Positions 43,445 through 55,198 are shown, counted from the stretch's first letter. The stretch: DNA of 64,000 bases from Bacteroidota bacterium (GCA_016711505.1 JADJSV010000002.1:199674-263673), one strand, 5' to 3'. Notes: a model not told the origin generated them from the letters alone. Made by a program: numbers and translations.

Positions 43445-45439
43445 ATGATTTCCTGTATCAAAACTCTTTTGTTTTTTACCCTGACGTTTGTAACAATCAA
43501 TGTTACTGCTCAGAATGGATACACACTTCTGGATTCTTGCTACGAAAATTCTAATGGTTATGTAGAATTCACCAGAACTTTCTTGGTTACAAAAGATAGC
43601 GGAAGTTTTCATGTTGAACAATTCAAACGGGAATTGGATTCAGTATGGACAACGACAGATACTACTGCAGTTGTATTGTGCAACATTCTTACATCTCAGG
43701 ACAATTTTGGACGAGTTTTAGAAACGAATTATTATCTGAATGATTCATTAAACTGGAATATTTCCAGACGTACAACATTTGGTTATGATTCGAATAATCA
43801 TTTAACAGACAGTGTAGTACAGGTTGATTCGTCAAATGTACTTGTAAATTCCTATTCTTGGCACAGAGAATTTGATTCATTTGGGAATTTGATATTGAAA
43901 GAAACGAAGCATTGGAGTAGTGGGCAATGGTTAAATAATAGCAGAGAAGAATGGTATTTTGATGTTATGGGAAGAGACACACTTCATGTAAACTTTGCCG
44001 GAGATTCTTTAAACTGGCTTCCATATGCGCAGATGAGAAGAATATTTGATTCGAATGGAATCATTGACAGTATGAGTTATTCCTGGGATGGTACAAGTTG
44101 GAATAATCAACATAGAAATCAATTTTCTTATCAGGCAGCACTTCAAGACACTTTGGAATTGTCATTTAATGGAAATGGAATTTTATGGGATAGTTCTACT
44201 GCTATTCGTAAAACTTATGATTCATTTGGAAATAGAACCAATAGTATACAACAGAATTTTGTCAGTTCGGTATGGGAAAATTATTTTAAAGCAATTTATA
44301 CTTATGATTTAAGTAATAGAGTTGTTCTTGAAACAAGAATGATCTGGGCTGATAGTTTGTGGGAAAATTCAAATCAAACTATTTTTACTTATTCCGGAAT
44401 TGATGCAGTTGACAGAGTTTATCAGCTTTGGGTTGATACAGTGTGGGTGTGCGAATCTTTCACGTACAATGATTATACTTATGGCCAGGAAGTTTCCGGT
44501 GTATTCGGAGGAGGAGATTGCAATTCAAGAAATATTGATTCAGATGAGACACGTAGATATGATAGCCAAGGCCATTTGATTTATTCTGCTACTGATGGCC
44601 ATGCTGGCCAAAGTCAGGGATCGACCCGATATTACTATGAAGAAGACTTTTTGTATCTGGTACAAAATCACTCAACTTCTATGGGGGGATTGACACATGA
44701 TTTAGAATGTTATTATTATAAACCTCTAACAATTACTTTCGCTAATTTCAATTTTGAGATTTGCAGTGGTGATTCTTTATCTATAAATATTAACGGTGGA
44801 GTCGAGCCATACACGATAAGATGGTACATAAACGATTCTCTTGAAACTAATCCATCCTCTGATCCGACTTTATTTTTTCCGGAAGTAAGTGGAGAGTATA
44901 GTGTTTTGGTTTCAGATTCATTGAATAACTATTTCACACAATCAATCCCTGTCGATGTTAGCGTGGGTGTAGAATTAGGAATGGATAAAATTGTGTGTTC
45001 AGATGCCCTTGTTTCATTAGCTGCCGGGCAGTTTGAAACTTATGTGTGGCAGGATGGAAGCACAGATTCATTATTCATAGCTTCCAGTCCGGCTCAGCTT
45101 GCTGATACCATTGAATACTGGGTTGAAGTAACAGATTCTTCAGGATGTATCAGCAGGGATTCAGTGTCCGTTGTTTTTGAAATTTGTATTGGTGTAGATG
45201 AACTATCAGATAAATTGACGCAAGTATTTCCTAATCCGGTTTTGAGTGGTGAAGAATTTACAATTAAAGGAACTGTAAAAGCAGATAGAATAACACTGGC
45301 TAATCTGTCAGGAGAAATTGTGCAAGAGTTGAACATTGATAATTCAGGAATTTATAAACTTGAATTGGAGCCGGGAATTTATTTTCTTACCATTTATACA
45401 AATGAAAAAATGGTTGTTCAAAAATTAATTATACTCTGA
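43445..45439 (+). CDS. Large secreted protein with degenerate YD-like repeats and a T9SS C-terminal sorting domain
   Basis: Signal peptide. Repeated 'F.YDS.GN' units and 'C..D...L..G.F..Y.WQDGS.DS' modules. C-terminus 'VFPNPVLSGEEFTIKG...GIYFLTIYTNEKMVVQKLI'. Confidence 0.55.
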   Translation: MISCIKTLLFFTLTFVTINVTAQNGYTLLDSCYENSNGYVEFTRTFLVTKDSGSFHVEQFKRELDSVWTTTDTTAVVLCNILTSQDNFGRVLETNYYLNDSLNWNISRRTTFGYDSNNHLTDSVVQVDSSNVLVNSYSWHREFDSFGNLILKETKHWSSGQWLNNSREEWYFDVMGRDTLHVNFAGDSLNWLPYAQMRRIFDSNGIIDSMSYSWDGTSWNNQHRNQFSYQAALQDTLELSFNGNGILWDSSTAIRKTYDSFGNRTNSIQQNFVSSVWENYFKAIYTYDLSNRVVLETRMIWADSLWENSNQTIFTYSGIDAVDRVYQLWVDTVWVCESFTYNDYTYGQEVSGVFGGGDCNSRNIDSDETRRYDSQGHLIYSATDGHAGQSQGSTRYYYEEDFLYLVQNHSTSMGGLTHDLECYYYKPLTITFANFNFEICSGDSLSININGGVEPYTIRWYINDSLETNPSSDPTLFFPEVSGEYSVLVSDSLNNYFTQSIPVDVSVGVELGMDKIVCSDALVSLAAGQFETYVWQDGSTDSLFIASSPAQLADTIEYWVEVTDSSGCISRDSVSVVFEICIGVDELSDKLTQVFPNPVLSGEEFTIKGTVKADRITLANLSGEIVQELNIDNSGIYKLELEPGIYFLTIYTNEKMVVQKLIIL

Positions 45440-47946
45440 TGAAACAAATTGTAATTACTTTCCTTGCAGCTTTTAATGTCTTTTTTGCAATAGCATCAGG
45501 CGACAGTACAAGAGTGTCATTTTGTACAACTACAGGTGATATTTGTTATGGCAGGCCTTCGTATTCAGAATCAATTGAAGTAATTGATTCGGCAGGTAGA
45601 GTAATTCGTGAGGATGAATATTCGCTTTCGGGATGTTGGGAAGGAGTAATTGATTCAATATTCAGAAAAAGTGCATCGAATATTTATCAGTATGACGCCA
45701 ATGGAAATATTGTCTCTCATCTTACCTCAATTTATTTTCTTAATGATTCGATTAAAAATCAATACACATATTCTTACGATAGCCTGGATCGTAGATTAAC
45801 GGAAGTCAGAACAAGATTGCATCCTTTACCCGTATTGGATTATTTCTTTGAACAATTTGAATATTATCAGGACAGCCTGAGTTCAGATCTTTATATGCAT
45901 AATCCCGGTTCCGGATTAGATACTTCATATTTTAGAACTATGGAATATGATTCAGCTATGAGAAAAATAAAAGAAACATTTCGTCGCTATGAAACATCAA
46001 GTGGAAATTTAAACACTTTTTATATACAATATTACATGTATGATTCAACAGGGAACCTGAGTACATTATCGTATAAAAATTTGCTTCCTTCAAACGATTC
46101 AACGAGGATCACTTATTTTTATAATGTGCTTAATAATATTTCCGAAGCGTCCTATGAGCGATTTGATACTCTTAATTCAATATGGGAACTGAATGAGAAA
46201 ACAATCTATAATTATGATAGCTTAAATTATTTGGATATAGCTTATGATATAAGGTGTTTTGCGGGAATATGTACTGATACATCAAGTTATGTTGATTATA
46301 CTGTCGATTCAATAGGACGTATTACAAGAGAGGCCTATTATTCTTATCCCGGGGAATGGAATGGTTCATCTGCTGTTAATTTTAATGCATACGGTGATAC
46401 ATTATATTATGGTAGTAGTTCTCCTACTGAAAATGGCTGTGGTGAAAGCGAATATATTTATTTCACCTACAGTAATTCACAGGAGGTTATACATAGCCGG
46501 ACACAAACTTTAGCTTCGTGTGCGTTTATGTATGTCGATTGCGATTATTATAATCTCAACAGTGATTCAATGGTAATTAATGTTTCCAGTCCGTTGACCG
46601 TTTGTGCAAATGATACAGTTTACCCTGTTGTTTTTCATGCAGGTGGCAATGAGCCCTTGCAGTATCATTGGTCACCTGGGATTTATTTTTCTGATTCAAC
46701 GATCAAATATCCATATCTTATTAATAATGTTTCCGGAACTTATACTTTAACCGTGACCGATTCATCCGGAAGAAGCATATCCGATACGGTATCTGTACAA
46801 ACGCATCCCGATCTCATTCATCCGCTTGATATTTCTGCATTTGGAGTTCCGCCATGTGAAGGTGTTGTCCAGCTGACATTCTCACCTGATTCTTTGAACG
46901 GGACATGGTATAGTCACTGGGAGTTTGATGGTTCTACTTATTGGGAAGATACCATTGTAGCCGGGTCAAGTGGATTGTATTCACTTATTATCAATAATGA
47001 TTATTGCACGTACAGAACCGACACAAATCTGGTGCTGATTGAACCACAACCTCTGACGATAAACACTATTGGAAGTTACCATGTTTGCGAAGGGAATAGT
47101 GTGACCTTGTTTACGCAGGATCAGTTTAATTTTACCTGGAATACAGGAAGTACTGCCGATACAATTGTTGCCGATACTTCGGGTTATTATTATATAAGTA
47201 TGACGGATACAAATTCGTGTCCTGATACATCAAATATGATATATGTTTACATTGGCTCATTTGAATCTGCTGAATTAATCCGTGATACATCTTTTTGCAG
47301 TGGTGATTCTGTAAGACTTAATCCCGGGTTTTATTATTCTTATTTTTGGAGTGATAGTTCAACACAGAACCATCTGGTTGTTACAGATCCGGGAGTGTAT
47401 TCTCTGAGAGTTACTGATTATTTTGGTTGTCCGAATCATGATACTATTACAGTAACTGAAAATTTGCTTCCGGCAGTGAATCTGGGAGTTGATACACTTC
47501 TATGCAGAAACACTTCGATAATATTGGAACCCGGAAATTTTCAAAGTTATCAATGGCAGGATGGAACAAACGATTCGATATTTATTCCGGTTTATTCCGG
47601 AGTTGATACCGTAATTATTTCAGTTTTAGTTTCTGATTCGGCAAATTGTTTTGCATCTGATACAGTAGCTATTTTCTATGATGTTTGTAATGAAATAGTT
47701 TTTATTACCGGCAGTTCAAGTTATGTTTGGCCAGTACCTGCTGATGATATATTTTATCTGCAGTTTTCTGACAAGAGGGGTGAAATAATGGTATTCAATT
47801 CGCTTGGTGAAATATTTTATAAAGACCGGTTATTTAATTCTGCAAGTATAAATTGTAAATCCTGGCCGTCCGGTTCCTATTTTTATAAGATAGTAAAAGA
47901 GGATGGGCTTAATATTTCAGGAAAAATATTTATTCGCCATCCCTGA
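45439..47946 (+). CDS. Large secreted protein, tandem paralog of 43445-45439, with a T9SS C-terminal sorting domain
   Basis: The start overlaps the upstream stop (ATGA). The same Cys-containing repeat modules are present. C-terminus 'VWPVPADDIFYLQF...GSYFYKIVKEDGLNISGKIFI'. Confidence 0.55.
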   Translation: MKQIVITFLAAFNVFFAIASGDSTRVSFCTTTGDICYGRPSYSESIEVIDSAGRVIREDEYSLSGCWEGVIDSIFRKSASNIYQYDANGNIVSHLTSIYFLNDSIKNQYTYSYDSLDRRLTEVRTRLHPLPVLDYFFEQFEYYQDSLSSDLYMHNPGSGLDTSYFRTMEYDSAMRKIKETFRRYETSSGNLNTFYIQYYMYDSTGNLSTLSYKNLLPSNDSTRITYFYNVLNNISEASYERFDTLNSIWELNEKTIYNYDSLNYLDIAYDIRCFAGICTDTSSYVDYTVDSIGRITREAYYSYPGEWNGSSAVNFNAYGDTLYYGSSSPTENGCGESEYIYFTYSNSQEVIHSRTQTLASCAFMYVDCDYYNLNSDSMVINVSSPLTVCANDTVYPVVFHAGGNEPLQYHWSPGIYFSDSTIKYPYLINNVSGTYTLTVTDSSGRSISDTVSVQTHPDLIHPLDISAFGVPPCEGVVQLTFSPDSLNGTWYSHWEFDGSTYWEDTIVAGSSGLYSLIINNDYCTYRTDTNLVLIEPQPLTINTIGSYHVCEGNSVTLFTQDQFNFTWNTGSTADTIVADTSGYYYISMTDTNSCPDTSNMIYVYIGSFESAELIRDTSFCSGDSVRLNPGFYYSYFWSDSSTQNHLVVTDPGVYSLRVTDYFGCPNHDTITVTENLLPAVNLGVDTLLCRNTSIILEPGNFQSYQWQDGTNDSIFIPVYSGVDTVIISVLVSDSANCFASDTVAIFYDVCNEIVFITGSSSYVWPVPADDIFYLQFSDKRGEIMVFNSLGEIFYKDRLFNSASINCKSWPSGSYFYKIVKEDGLNISGKIFIRHP

Positions 47947-48065
47947 CATAGTTGCTTTTAAAAATTGGGAATCTGTGACGAGTGTCATTTATGTTGTTGA
48001 CGATTATCAATACATGGCATTTTTCTTTGTCGGAGATTTGGATATTAATCCTAAATCTCAAAACC

Positions 48066-48437
48066 ATGAAAAAGCAATTTCAAGTCCTTGCAATTATTTT
48101 AGTTTCCTTCTTGTTCACTTCCTGTGGAGTAAATCAGGCATATTTGTTGAACAGTAATCAAAACAATACGCAGGTTAATCTATCAAGTAACAATTTTAAA
48201 GTAACTGATAAGATCAGCGGCAGTGCAGAGGTAAGCTATATCTTGATCTTTGGTGGATTGAATAAGAAAAAGCTTTATGAAAATGCATATTCCGATATGA
48301 TGAACAAAGCCAATCTTTTGAATACTTCTAAAGCAGTGATCAATATTGTTACAGAAGAGCATGTTGGTGGTGTTCCGCCTTTTTATTTTAAAAGGACAGT
48401 AACAGTTAGTGCAAATGTTATTGAATTTGTAAAATAA
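48066..48437 (+). CDS. Hypothetical lipoprotein
   Basis: MKKQFQVLAIILVSFLFTSCG lipobox. The ORF 47982-48437 starts upstream of the probable start. Confidence 0.4.
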   Translation: MKKQFQVLAIILVSFLFTSCGVNQAYLLNSNQNNTQVNLSSNNFKVTDKISGSAEVSYILIFGGLNKKKLYENAYSDMMNKANLLNTSKAVINIVTEEHVGGVPPFYFKRTVTVSANVIEFVK

Positions 48438-48444
48438 AATTGTC

Positions 48445-49095
48445 GTGTTCGGTTTATATTCGGGCATTATATCTATTTGCAGAATTAAAAAAGGTTGTTT
48501 GCCTTTTTTAATTCTGTTTTTATTGATCTCTATAGAAACCTTTTCCAGGGATACTTTACAGACTCATTCAACGTGGTCATTTCAGACAAGAATGGTCATG
48601 ACCGGATCATCGGATCATTCAGATCCGGCTGGATATACTGTGTACAGTGCATTTTCTGTTGAACCTACTCTTACCCGAAAAATTACTTCCCGATTTTCTT
48701 TAACCTTCAATATTCGTACAGAATCTCATGAAATAGATTTTATTGATTCTGTCGGTAATGAAACTCCATTAGGTTCGATCGAATTACTTCCGCTAAATTT
48801 ACTTGTGCAGTACGATCTGATTCAATCAACAAATGCGAGGATATATATAGGTGGAGGAGCAAATCTGACTTTTTGCTGGGAAAAGAGTGGCGCATTAAAT
48901 TCTACTGATCTTCCACCATCGTTAGGGCCGGCACTCCAGCTTGGAACAGATTTGAACATTTCAAAAGCCATGTTTATGAATTTTAATATTGGCTGGAATG
49001 CACTTCAAATGGATATAGAATCAGCTGGAGATAAGTTCTCAAGTTTAAAGATGGATCCAATTAATCTTGGAATAGGTTTAGGATACAAATTTTAG
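48445..49095 (+). CDS. Outer-membrane beta-barrel protein (OmpW-like)
   Basis: Alternating amphipathic strands and a C-terminal '...NLGIGLGYKF' aromatic end. Confidence 0.45.
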   Translation: MFGLYSGIISICRIKKGCLPFLILFLLISIETFSRDTLQTHSTWSFQTRMVMTGSSDHSDPAGYTVYSAFSVEPTLTRKITSRFSLTFNIRTESHEIDFIDSVGNETPLGSIELLPLNLLVQYDLIQSTNARIYIGGGANLTFCWEKSGALNSTDLPPSLGPALQLGTDLNISKAMFMNFNIGWNALQMDIESAGDKFSSLKMDPINLGIGLGYKF

Positions 49096-49319
49096 ACAGT
49101 TTAGCTGTAATTAGCAAATTTTCATTTCTATGTTTTAGATTACGTCTTTGTGACATTTTTTCAGAATAAGTTTACTATACTTGAAACTTAAATTAGTTTA
49201 ACTTGAAAATTATTTTACTTTAGATTGTTTGAATCACTCAAATAATCTGAAAACTTCTTCCAAAAAAGTAGTTATACCTTAATCACCTGAAGAGCTTTAG
49301 GTCCAATTCAAAATATTTC

Positions 49320-51976
49320 ATGAAAAAACTTTTACTTGGTTTCTTAGCAGTCGTAATTTTTGTCATTGATGTCGATGCGCAAAGTTATGATGAATTCACC
49401 TGGACTGCTCCAACACCAAATATGTCCCAGAAATCTGCATTTAAGTTTGGTCCTGATGATTCATTATACATTGGTGCAAGAGGTTTATTTGTTTATAAGG
49501 ATTCAACTATTAATCATTACAACTTTTATCCATTATCAGGATCTTATATCAAAGGAATTGCTTTCGAGAACAACAATATCTGGTTAGGGACAGATAGTGG
49601 TCTTGTTAAAAGGTCAGGGAGCGTAATTCAGGTGTTTAATAAAAGCAATTCCGGAATGAATAGTAATAGAATAAATGACATTTGTTTCAAAGGTTCTGAC
49701 CTTTACATTGCAACTGATAGTGGAATTACAGTCTATGATGGAATGACCTGGACGAATACTTTACTGTCGGATTTGCAAATGACCAGTCGACCCAATTCAA
49801 TTGGTGTAAACACTTTTGGAGTTTATTTAATGGAGAGTTCCGGAAAGATAGTTTACAATTCAGGAACGACGTGGAGAGTAATTTATGATACTCATCCTTA
49901 TCAATATGGAAATAGAAAGTTTCGAAGTACGAATAGTGATACACTTTATATTCCCGGCTTCCCCGCATATTTGACTGATACAATCATACATTATATTGAG
50001 ATTCCATTTGATCCATGTATATTAAAAGATAATTTATTTAAAAAAGCCTATCTATTTGCAAATCCCATCACGTATGAAAAGTCACTCGCAATTAGTGAAG
50101 GTACAATAGATTTAAAATATTTACTGAGGTGTGATAATCTTCAACCTGATCTGGCAAATGTAAAAGAAAATTTAAATTCTTCAGGTCAATATGATTTCAA
50201 CCAGATAGCTGAGGGAGAATTCTATGACTACAATTCTTCGGGAAAACTTTTTTGGACAAATAGAACTACCACAAGACAGATATTTTCTAGGTATCTCAGA
50301 TTAGATTCATTTCCTTCAAATGTTCCTTACGATGTTTGCCCATACCTCGACATTAACCAGGTTCGGGCGAAGGTCATGAACGATGGTGGTATGTTTTGGG
50401 ATTACACTGGTGATGCTTTATATGAAGTTCCTAAAGGTTCGGGAACAACTTTAATATTTTGTCAGGGTCTGTGGATAGGAGGACTGGATCAGAATAATCA
50501 GCTACATATTGCTGCACAAACTTACAGACAAAGCGGTAGTGATTTCTGGCCGGGACCGCTGGATACTATTTCTGCAACAATTGATTCTGTAACTCATGAT
50601 ATTTTTGATACGATCTGGAAGATCAACAGAAGTACAGTAGATGATTTTATCTGGCGTTTTGCAACGGGTCAGGTTCAGAATGGTTCATGGACAGTGCCTG
50701 CAATTATTTTAAACTGGCCTGCAGAAGGATCCGGTAGTTATTCACGCAGTCTTGCGCCTTATTACGATTTCAATCAGGATGGACATTACAATCCTTATGA
50801 TGGCGACTATCCGGATATAAAAGGTAGTCAGATGATCTGGTCTGTCTTCAACGACAATTTCGGACCACATGGAACAGATGAATCAGATCGGAATTTAGGT
50901 GTAGAAATCCAGGCCTCTGCTTATGCATATAATTGTCCTATGGCAATTAACGATGACAGCGTTATAAATTATACAACCTTTTATCACTATGAAATTATCA
51001 ACCGGTCGGATACAGATTATCATGATGTTTATATTGGAAATTTTACTGATGTTGATTTAGGAAATTATCTGGATGATTATGTAGGATGCGACACCATAAA
51101 TGATTTTGGATTTGGATATAATGGAGATGATAATGATGATGGTTTGTTGGGTTATGGTTTGCACCCACCCATGATCAATAATTTAATACTTAAAGGCCCT
51201 CAGGCAGATCTTTTGGATGGAATAGATAATGATCATGATGGAGTTCTGGATGAGCAAGGTGAAATGTGTATGATGAACAATTTTACTTACTGGAATAATG
51301 ATGCGTCTGCAAATGGTAATCCTAGAACAGCGATGGAACATTACTATCGGATACAATCACGTTGGTTAGATGGTTCACACGTCGTTACGGGTGGAAATGG
51401 TTTTCTTACACCAAATGGTGATTCAACAAATTATATGTTCAGTGCAACACCATATAGCGGATTATTCTGGTCAGAACAGGTGCCTGATCAACAGAATCCT
51501 ACTCCCAATTACCCAAGTGATAGAAGGTTTTTAATTTCAGCCGGGCCTTTTACTTTGAATACACATCAGTCAAAAATAATTGAATTTGCTTATGTGTATA
51601 CAAGAGACCCGAATTCTTCAAATGGCTTAAACACATCAATAGCGAAAAACACACAAGATGTATTAAGGATAAAACAATTTTACGAAAGCAATAGTTTTCC
51701 TTGCGATAATGTGATATCAGTAAATGAAATTGAGAATATTCATTCAAGTTTATTTCCAAATCCTGCTGATCATTCTATTGAAATCGAAATTGTCGCAAGA
51801 CCTAATATAGATGCACAAATAAAAATTACAGATGCTTTAGGGCAGTTGATATTTAAAAGATCTTCATGGAGAAAGAAAGATAAGATACTCAACAGAACAT
51901 TTAGCTCCGGGAATCTATCTGTTGAATATTATTTCCGGTGATCAGATGGTGAGTAGAAAGTTTGTGGTGCAGCATG
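49320..51976 (+). CDS. Large secreted protein with N-terminal two-component-regulator-propeller-like repeats and a T9SS C-terminal sorting domain. There is a frameshift in the last ~60 nt.
   Basis: Signal peptide. 'SLFPNPADHSIEIEI...ITDALGQLIFKRS', then an alternate frame '...GIYLLNIISGDQMVSRKFVVQ'. Confidence 0.55.
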
Positions 51977-52128
51977 GTGGCAGGTGAAATGGTGAGCAGT
52001 AATTAGTGAGTCGTGATCAGCACTGCTTTCTTCATTTATAACTTTTTACTTAGCGGAAACTCCTAAAGTTTATGCTTATGAAATTGTGAAAATTAGGAAT
52101 CCCGTGCTACTTACTACTCACTAAGATT

Positions 52129-52722
52129 TCATTTCCAGATCCTAAAAACCAGAACCAACCTTTTCTTCTGTAGCAACATGCGCCAGTCGATAAACAGAAG
52201 TGCGCTTACCATAATTAGTCCGATGGAAATACTGAAGACGCTTCGCATTGATGATGCTTCTTCTAAAATTGCTTTTGCATTTTTTGTAGCATAGTTTCCT
52301 ACAGTTACTGCAACAGTGTCGCTGATAAATTTTCCTACAAAGAAGGCAGGAATTATCTTGATTGGTTTCAGTCTGGCGATACCTGCAGCCAGAAAGAGTG
52401 GTGTTGTTGGTAATGGTAAAAGTGAATATGCCAGTATCATCACCTGACTGCGCCAGCCTTTTTCCTGCATTTGATTACCAAGAAATTCGATGTCTTCTGT
52501 CTTTGCGCGTTTAAAAATTCTTCCGGCCAGGCGGGGAATGTATAATGTCAGGACATATCTTCCAAAAATAGAGCCGGCCACACCAATAAAGATAACAGCC
52601 CATATATTCAGATCAAAAAGAATCTGAAATGTGACCATTATTGTAAAAGCAGGTGGAAAAGGGAAGGGTACCACATCAAAAATAAAAGCTCCCAGAAAGA
52701 CCAGGAAATAGTGATACCACAT
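52129..52722 (-). CDS. DedA/SNARE-associated (TVP38)-family membrane protein
   Basis: 'YSLLPLPTTPLFLAAGIARL' matches the DedA family core. Confidence 0.45.
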   Translation of the reverse strand: MWYHYFLVFLGAFIFDVVPFPFPPAFTIMVTFQILFDLNIWAVIFIGVAGSIFGRYVLTLYIPRLAGRIFKRAKTEDIEFLGNQMQEKGWRSQVMILAYSLLPLPTTPLFLAAGIARLKPIKIIPAFFVGKFISDTVAVTVGNYATKNAKAILEEASSMRSVFSISIGLIMVSALLFIDWRMLLQKKRLVLVFRIWK

Positions 52723-52909
52723 ACAATTAATTGGAATAAATTAAATTACTCACAAACGAGACTTTAAATTAGTAAGATAAAGGTATGCAGAATTTTCGTT
52801 TAAAGGACAGTTCAAGTCAGATTCTACTGACCTCAACAATAGCTACTTTAGTCAAAAAATATTTTGTTAGTTTTTACAAATATCTTAGATTTATAACAAA
52901 TAACAGCAC

Positions 52910-53353
52910 ATGGCGAACCTTGTACCCTTTTTTATAAGCACAGAGTGTGATATCTACTACAATCCCGAATACAAAATTGTGCAATCGCGCTGGAAGGGGA
53001 TCTATGTAGAAGGTCATCGCCTCAAAGAAATATTTAACGAGTTGATCTACGCACTTGAATCGTATAAGTGTTCTACAATTATTGCTGATGCGAGGGAAAT
53101 GCTGATCATTACTCAGAAAGATCGTCAATGGACGATAGACGATTGGTATCCACGTGCAGTAAAAGCAGGATTCAGAAATCAGGGACTGATATTGAGTAAA
53201 GACACATTTAATGAACTTACTGTAAAACAAATTTCGGCAAATTATGATAATGCAATTATTACAACAAAATATTTTACTTCGCCTTCACATGCTTTGGATT
53301 GGGTGAGGGAGATTGGGGGGGAAACTGTTGGGAAAATGAATAATGAAAAGTGA
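52910..53353 (+). CDS. Hypothetical protein whose 3' end and stop codon lie inside a (GTGAAAA)n repeat
   Basis: Ends '...GKMNNEK*' encoded by aatgaaaagtga. Weak STAS-like resemblance only. Confidence 0.3.
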   Translation: MANLVPFFISTECDIYYNPEYKIVQSRWKGIYVEGHRLKEIFNELIYALESYKCSTIIADAREMLIITQKDRQWTIDDWYPRAVKAGFRNQGLILSKDTFNELTVKQISANYDNAIITTKYFTSPSHALDWVREIGGETVGKMNNEK

Positions 53354-53366
53354 AAAGTGAAAAGTG
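53339..53366 (+). repeat. Heptanucleotide tandem repeat (ATGAAAA)(GTGAAAA)x3
   Basis: Read directly: atgaaaagtgaaaagtgaaaagtgaaaa. Confidence 0.8.
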
Positions 53367-53435
53367 AAAAAAATGCCCCGAGAGTCTATGATAACCTAAG
53401 TAGGAGACGCATTATTCATTATAAATTAAAAAAAG

Positions 53436-53858
53436 GTGGCTGCCCAAAATAAATTTAGTCTATTTACATTTGTTGTTATAATTTTTCTCGCTCTTTTAAC
53501 TCTTTGGGTTCGGAAGTGTAGCAATTCGAATGATAATTTTAAAGAGCGGCCGATATCAGCACAAGTTGGTGATTGGAGACATCATAAATTAATTTTCACG
53601 AAACACGCCAGATGCAGAATGGAATGCAGGGATATTTCAGAATCAGAAATAGCGGATATACTGGTAACCGGAATTATTAATGAATCGAAAAGTAAAGAAG
53701 CAGATGCTGAAGCAAGCGGACAATGCCCGACATTTGCACTAGAAGGAAAAACAGATGATGGACAGAATGTGAGGATTGTTTTTGGAGCATGTGAAAAGAT
53801 CACAAAAGTCATTACTGCAATTGATCTCGGGGCGGAGCATGAGTGTGATTGCAGATAG
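53436..53858 (+). CDS. DUF4258-like domain protein with an N-terminal membrane anchor and a Cys-rich C-terminus
   Basis: 'FTKHARCRMECRDISESEIADIL' matches the H-A-x-x-R-M-x-x-R signature I associate with DUF4258. Confidence 0.4.
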   Translation: MAAQNKFSLFTFVVIIFLALLTLWVRKCSNSNDNFKERPISAQVGDWRHHKLIFTKHARCRMECRDISESEIADILVTGIINESKSKEADAEASGQCPTFALEGKTDDGQNVRIVFGACEKITKVITAIDLGAEHECDCR

Positions 53859-53871
53859 TTTTTATAATTAA

Positions 53872-54405
53872 TTATTCATTTCTAATTATAACAAAGCAAG
53901 CGCCGGGATGTTCTGCGAAGACAAAATCATTTCTGTATTTCATTCCACATTTTTCTAAGACGCGGATGCTTGCAAGATTTTCTTTCATTGATCTTCCTGC
54001 AATTTCCTTGACTTTCAATTTGTGAAATCCAAAATCCAAGCATCCAATTCCGGCTTCTGTTGCGACACCTTGTCCCCAGAATATTTTGTGTAATCGGAAT
54101 CCGAGATCAATTTCATTTAATTTCTCAACGAATTTTAGTCCACACCAGCCGATAAATGTATTGTCTGATTTTCGGATAACTGCCCATCTGCCAATAGGGG
54201 TGTTTGGATTGGAAGGAATAGAAGAGTAACTGTAATCGTTCACAAACTGTTGTGCTTCACGCAAGTCCCTGAAAGGTTTGTCGCCTGTGTATTTCACAAC
54301 ATCAGGATCATTGTTCAGGTTGAATAATTCAATTGCATCGTCCGCAATAAACTGTCTGAGAAACAATCGGTCGGTTTCAATAATTACATTCATAGAGAAA
54401 AGCAA
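53872..54405 (-). CDS. GNAT-family N-acetyltransferase (RimJ/RimL-like)
   Basis: 'ETDRLFLRQF' N-terminus and 'IGWCGL...LGFRLHKIFWGQGVATEA' acetyl-CoA motif region. Confidence 0.75.
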   Translation of the reverse strand: MLFSMNVIIETDRLFLRQFIADDAIELFNLNNDPDVVKYTGDKPFRDLREAQQFVNDYSYSSIPSNPNTPIGRWAVIRKSDNTFIGWCGLKFVEKLNEIDLGFRLHKIFWGQGVATEAGIGCLDFGFHKLKVKEIAGRSMKENLASIRVLEKCGMKYRNDFVFAEHPGACFVIIRNE

Positions 54406-54418
54406 TGGACTTATCTAT

Positions 54419-54859
54419 TCAGATTTTTATTGCTGCTGCCTTTTTTTTGTCGTAGCGGACAAAGAAATTGATCCAGATAATTCTGGACCACCGAAAAGTC
54501 AGAGGGCTGAGGAGTAGAATAGTGATGGCCATAAATCCAATAAAGAAGGCTGTGGACCAATCAAGGACCAATCCATAGAGTATGAACCACGTAATGAACC
54601 AGCCTGATGTTAGCGCATACGAAACGTACATGGCGCCGAAAAAATACCCGGGTTCTTTCTCATAGATCTCACCACAATGAGAGCAGGTTTTTTCCATTTT
54701 AAGCATTCCGCCCTGCAAGCGATATGGGTTATTATGCGTGAATACTTTTCCCTGATGACAACGCGGGCATTTATTCGCAGCCATTGAATACAGGATTTCT
54801 GTTAACATCATGGCGCAAAGGTAAGAAACATTATTTTTGTTTGCAGGTATTTGCGCCAA
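54419..54859 (-). CDS. DUF983-like zinc-ribbon membrane protein
   Basis: 'CPRCHQGKVF...CSHCGE' followed by TM helices. Confidence 0.5.
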   Translation of the reverse strand: MAQIPANKNNVSYLCAMMLTEILYSMAANKCPRCHQGKVFTHNNPYRLQGGMLKMEKTCSHCGEIYEKEPGYFFGAMYVSYALTSGWFITWFILYGLVLDWSTAFFIGFMAITILLLSPLTFRWSRIIWINFFVRYDKKKAAAIKI

Positions 54860-55034
54860 TCAATGTATAAAGTGGGCAAAAACTGATTAAACTGGTTAAA
54901 AGGAAGACTCCTGCAAAGATCATTAAGATGATGCCAAGTGTTCCTGTGATAACATTCGAAAAATAAAGACCTGCGATGATTACGGCAATGATTGTCCGGA
55001 TCACTCTGTCCGTTGTACCCATGTTCTTTTTCAT
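54831..55034 (-). CDS. DUF2892 (YgaP-like) small membrane protein
   Basis: 'GTTDRVIRTIIAVIIAGL...LISFCPLYTLIGANTCK'. Confidence 0.55.
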   Translation of the reverse strand: MKKNMGTTDRVIRTIIAVIIAGLYFSNVITGTLGIILMIFAGVFLLTSLISFCPLYTLIGANTCKQK

Positions 55035-55198
55035 AATAGCTTTAGTTTAATTTTAACCAAAGCTAAACCCTTCAATGTCCCAAAAAGGTGACTAATGTTA
55101 CACAACCCAAACTATTTCATCATCAAACCCTAAAAAAGACAACTTAATTTTTCATTATAAAGCTAATTCATTATTTTTCATCCCGATAAATCGGGATT

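Noticed and set aside
47903-48467. ORFs 47903-48157 (plus) and 48183-48467 (minus)
   Set aside because: They overlap the better-supported lipoprotein gene, and their translations have no features.
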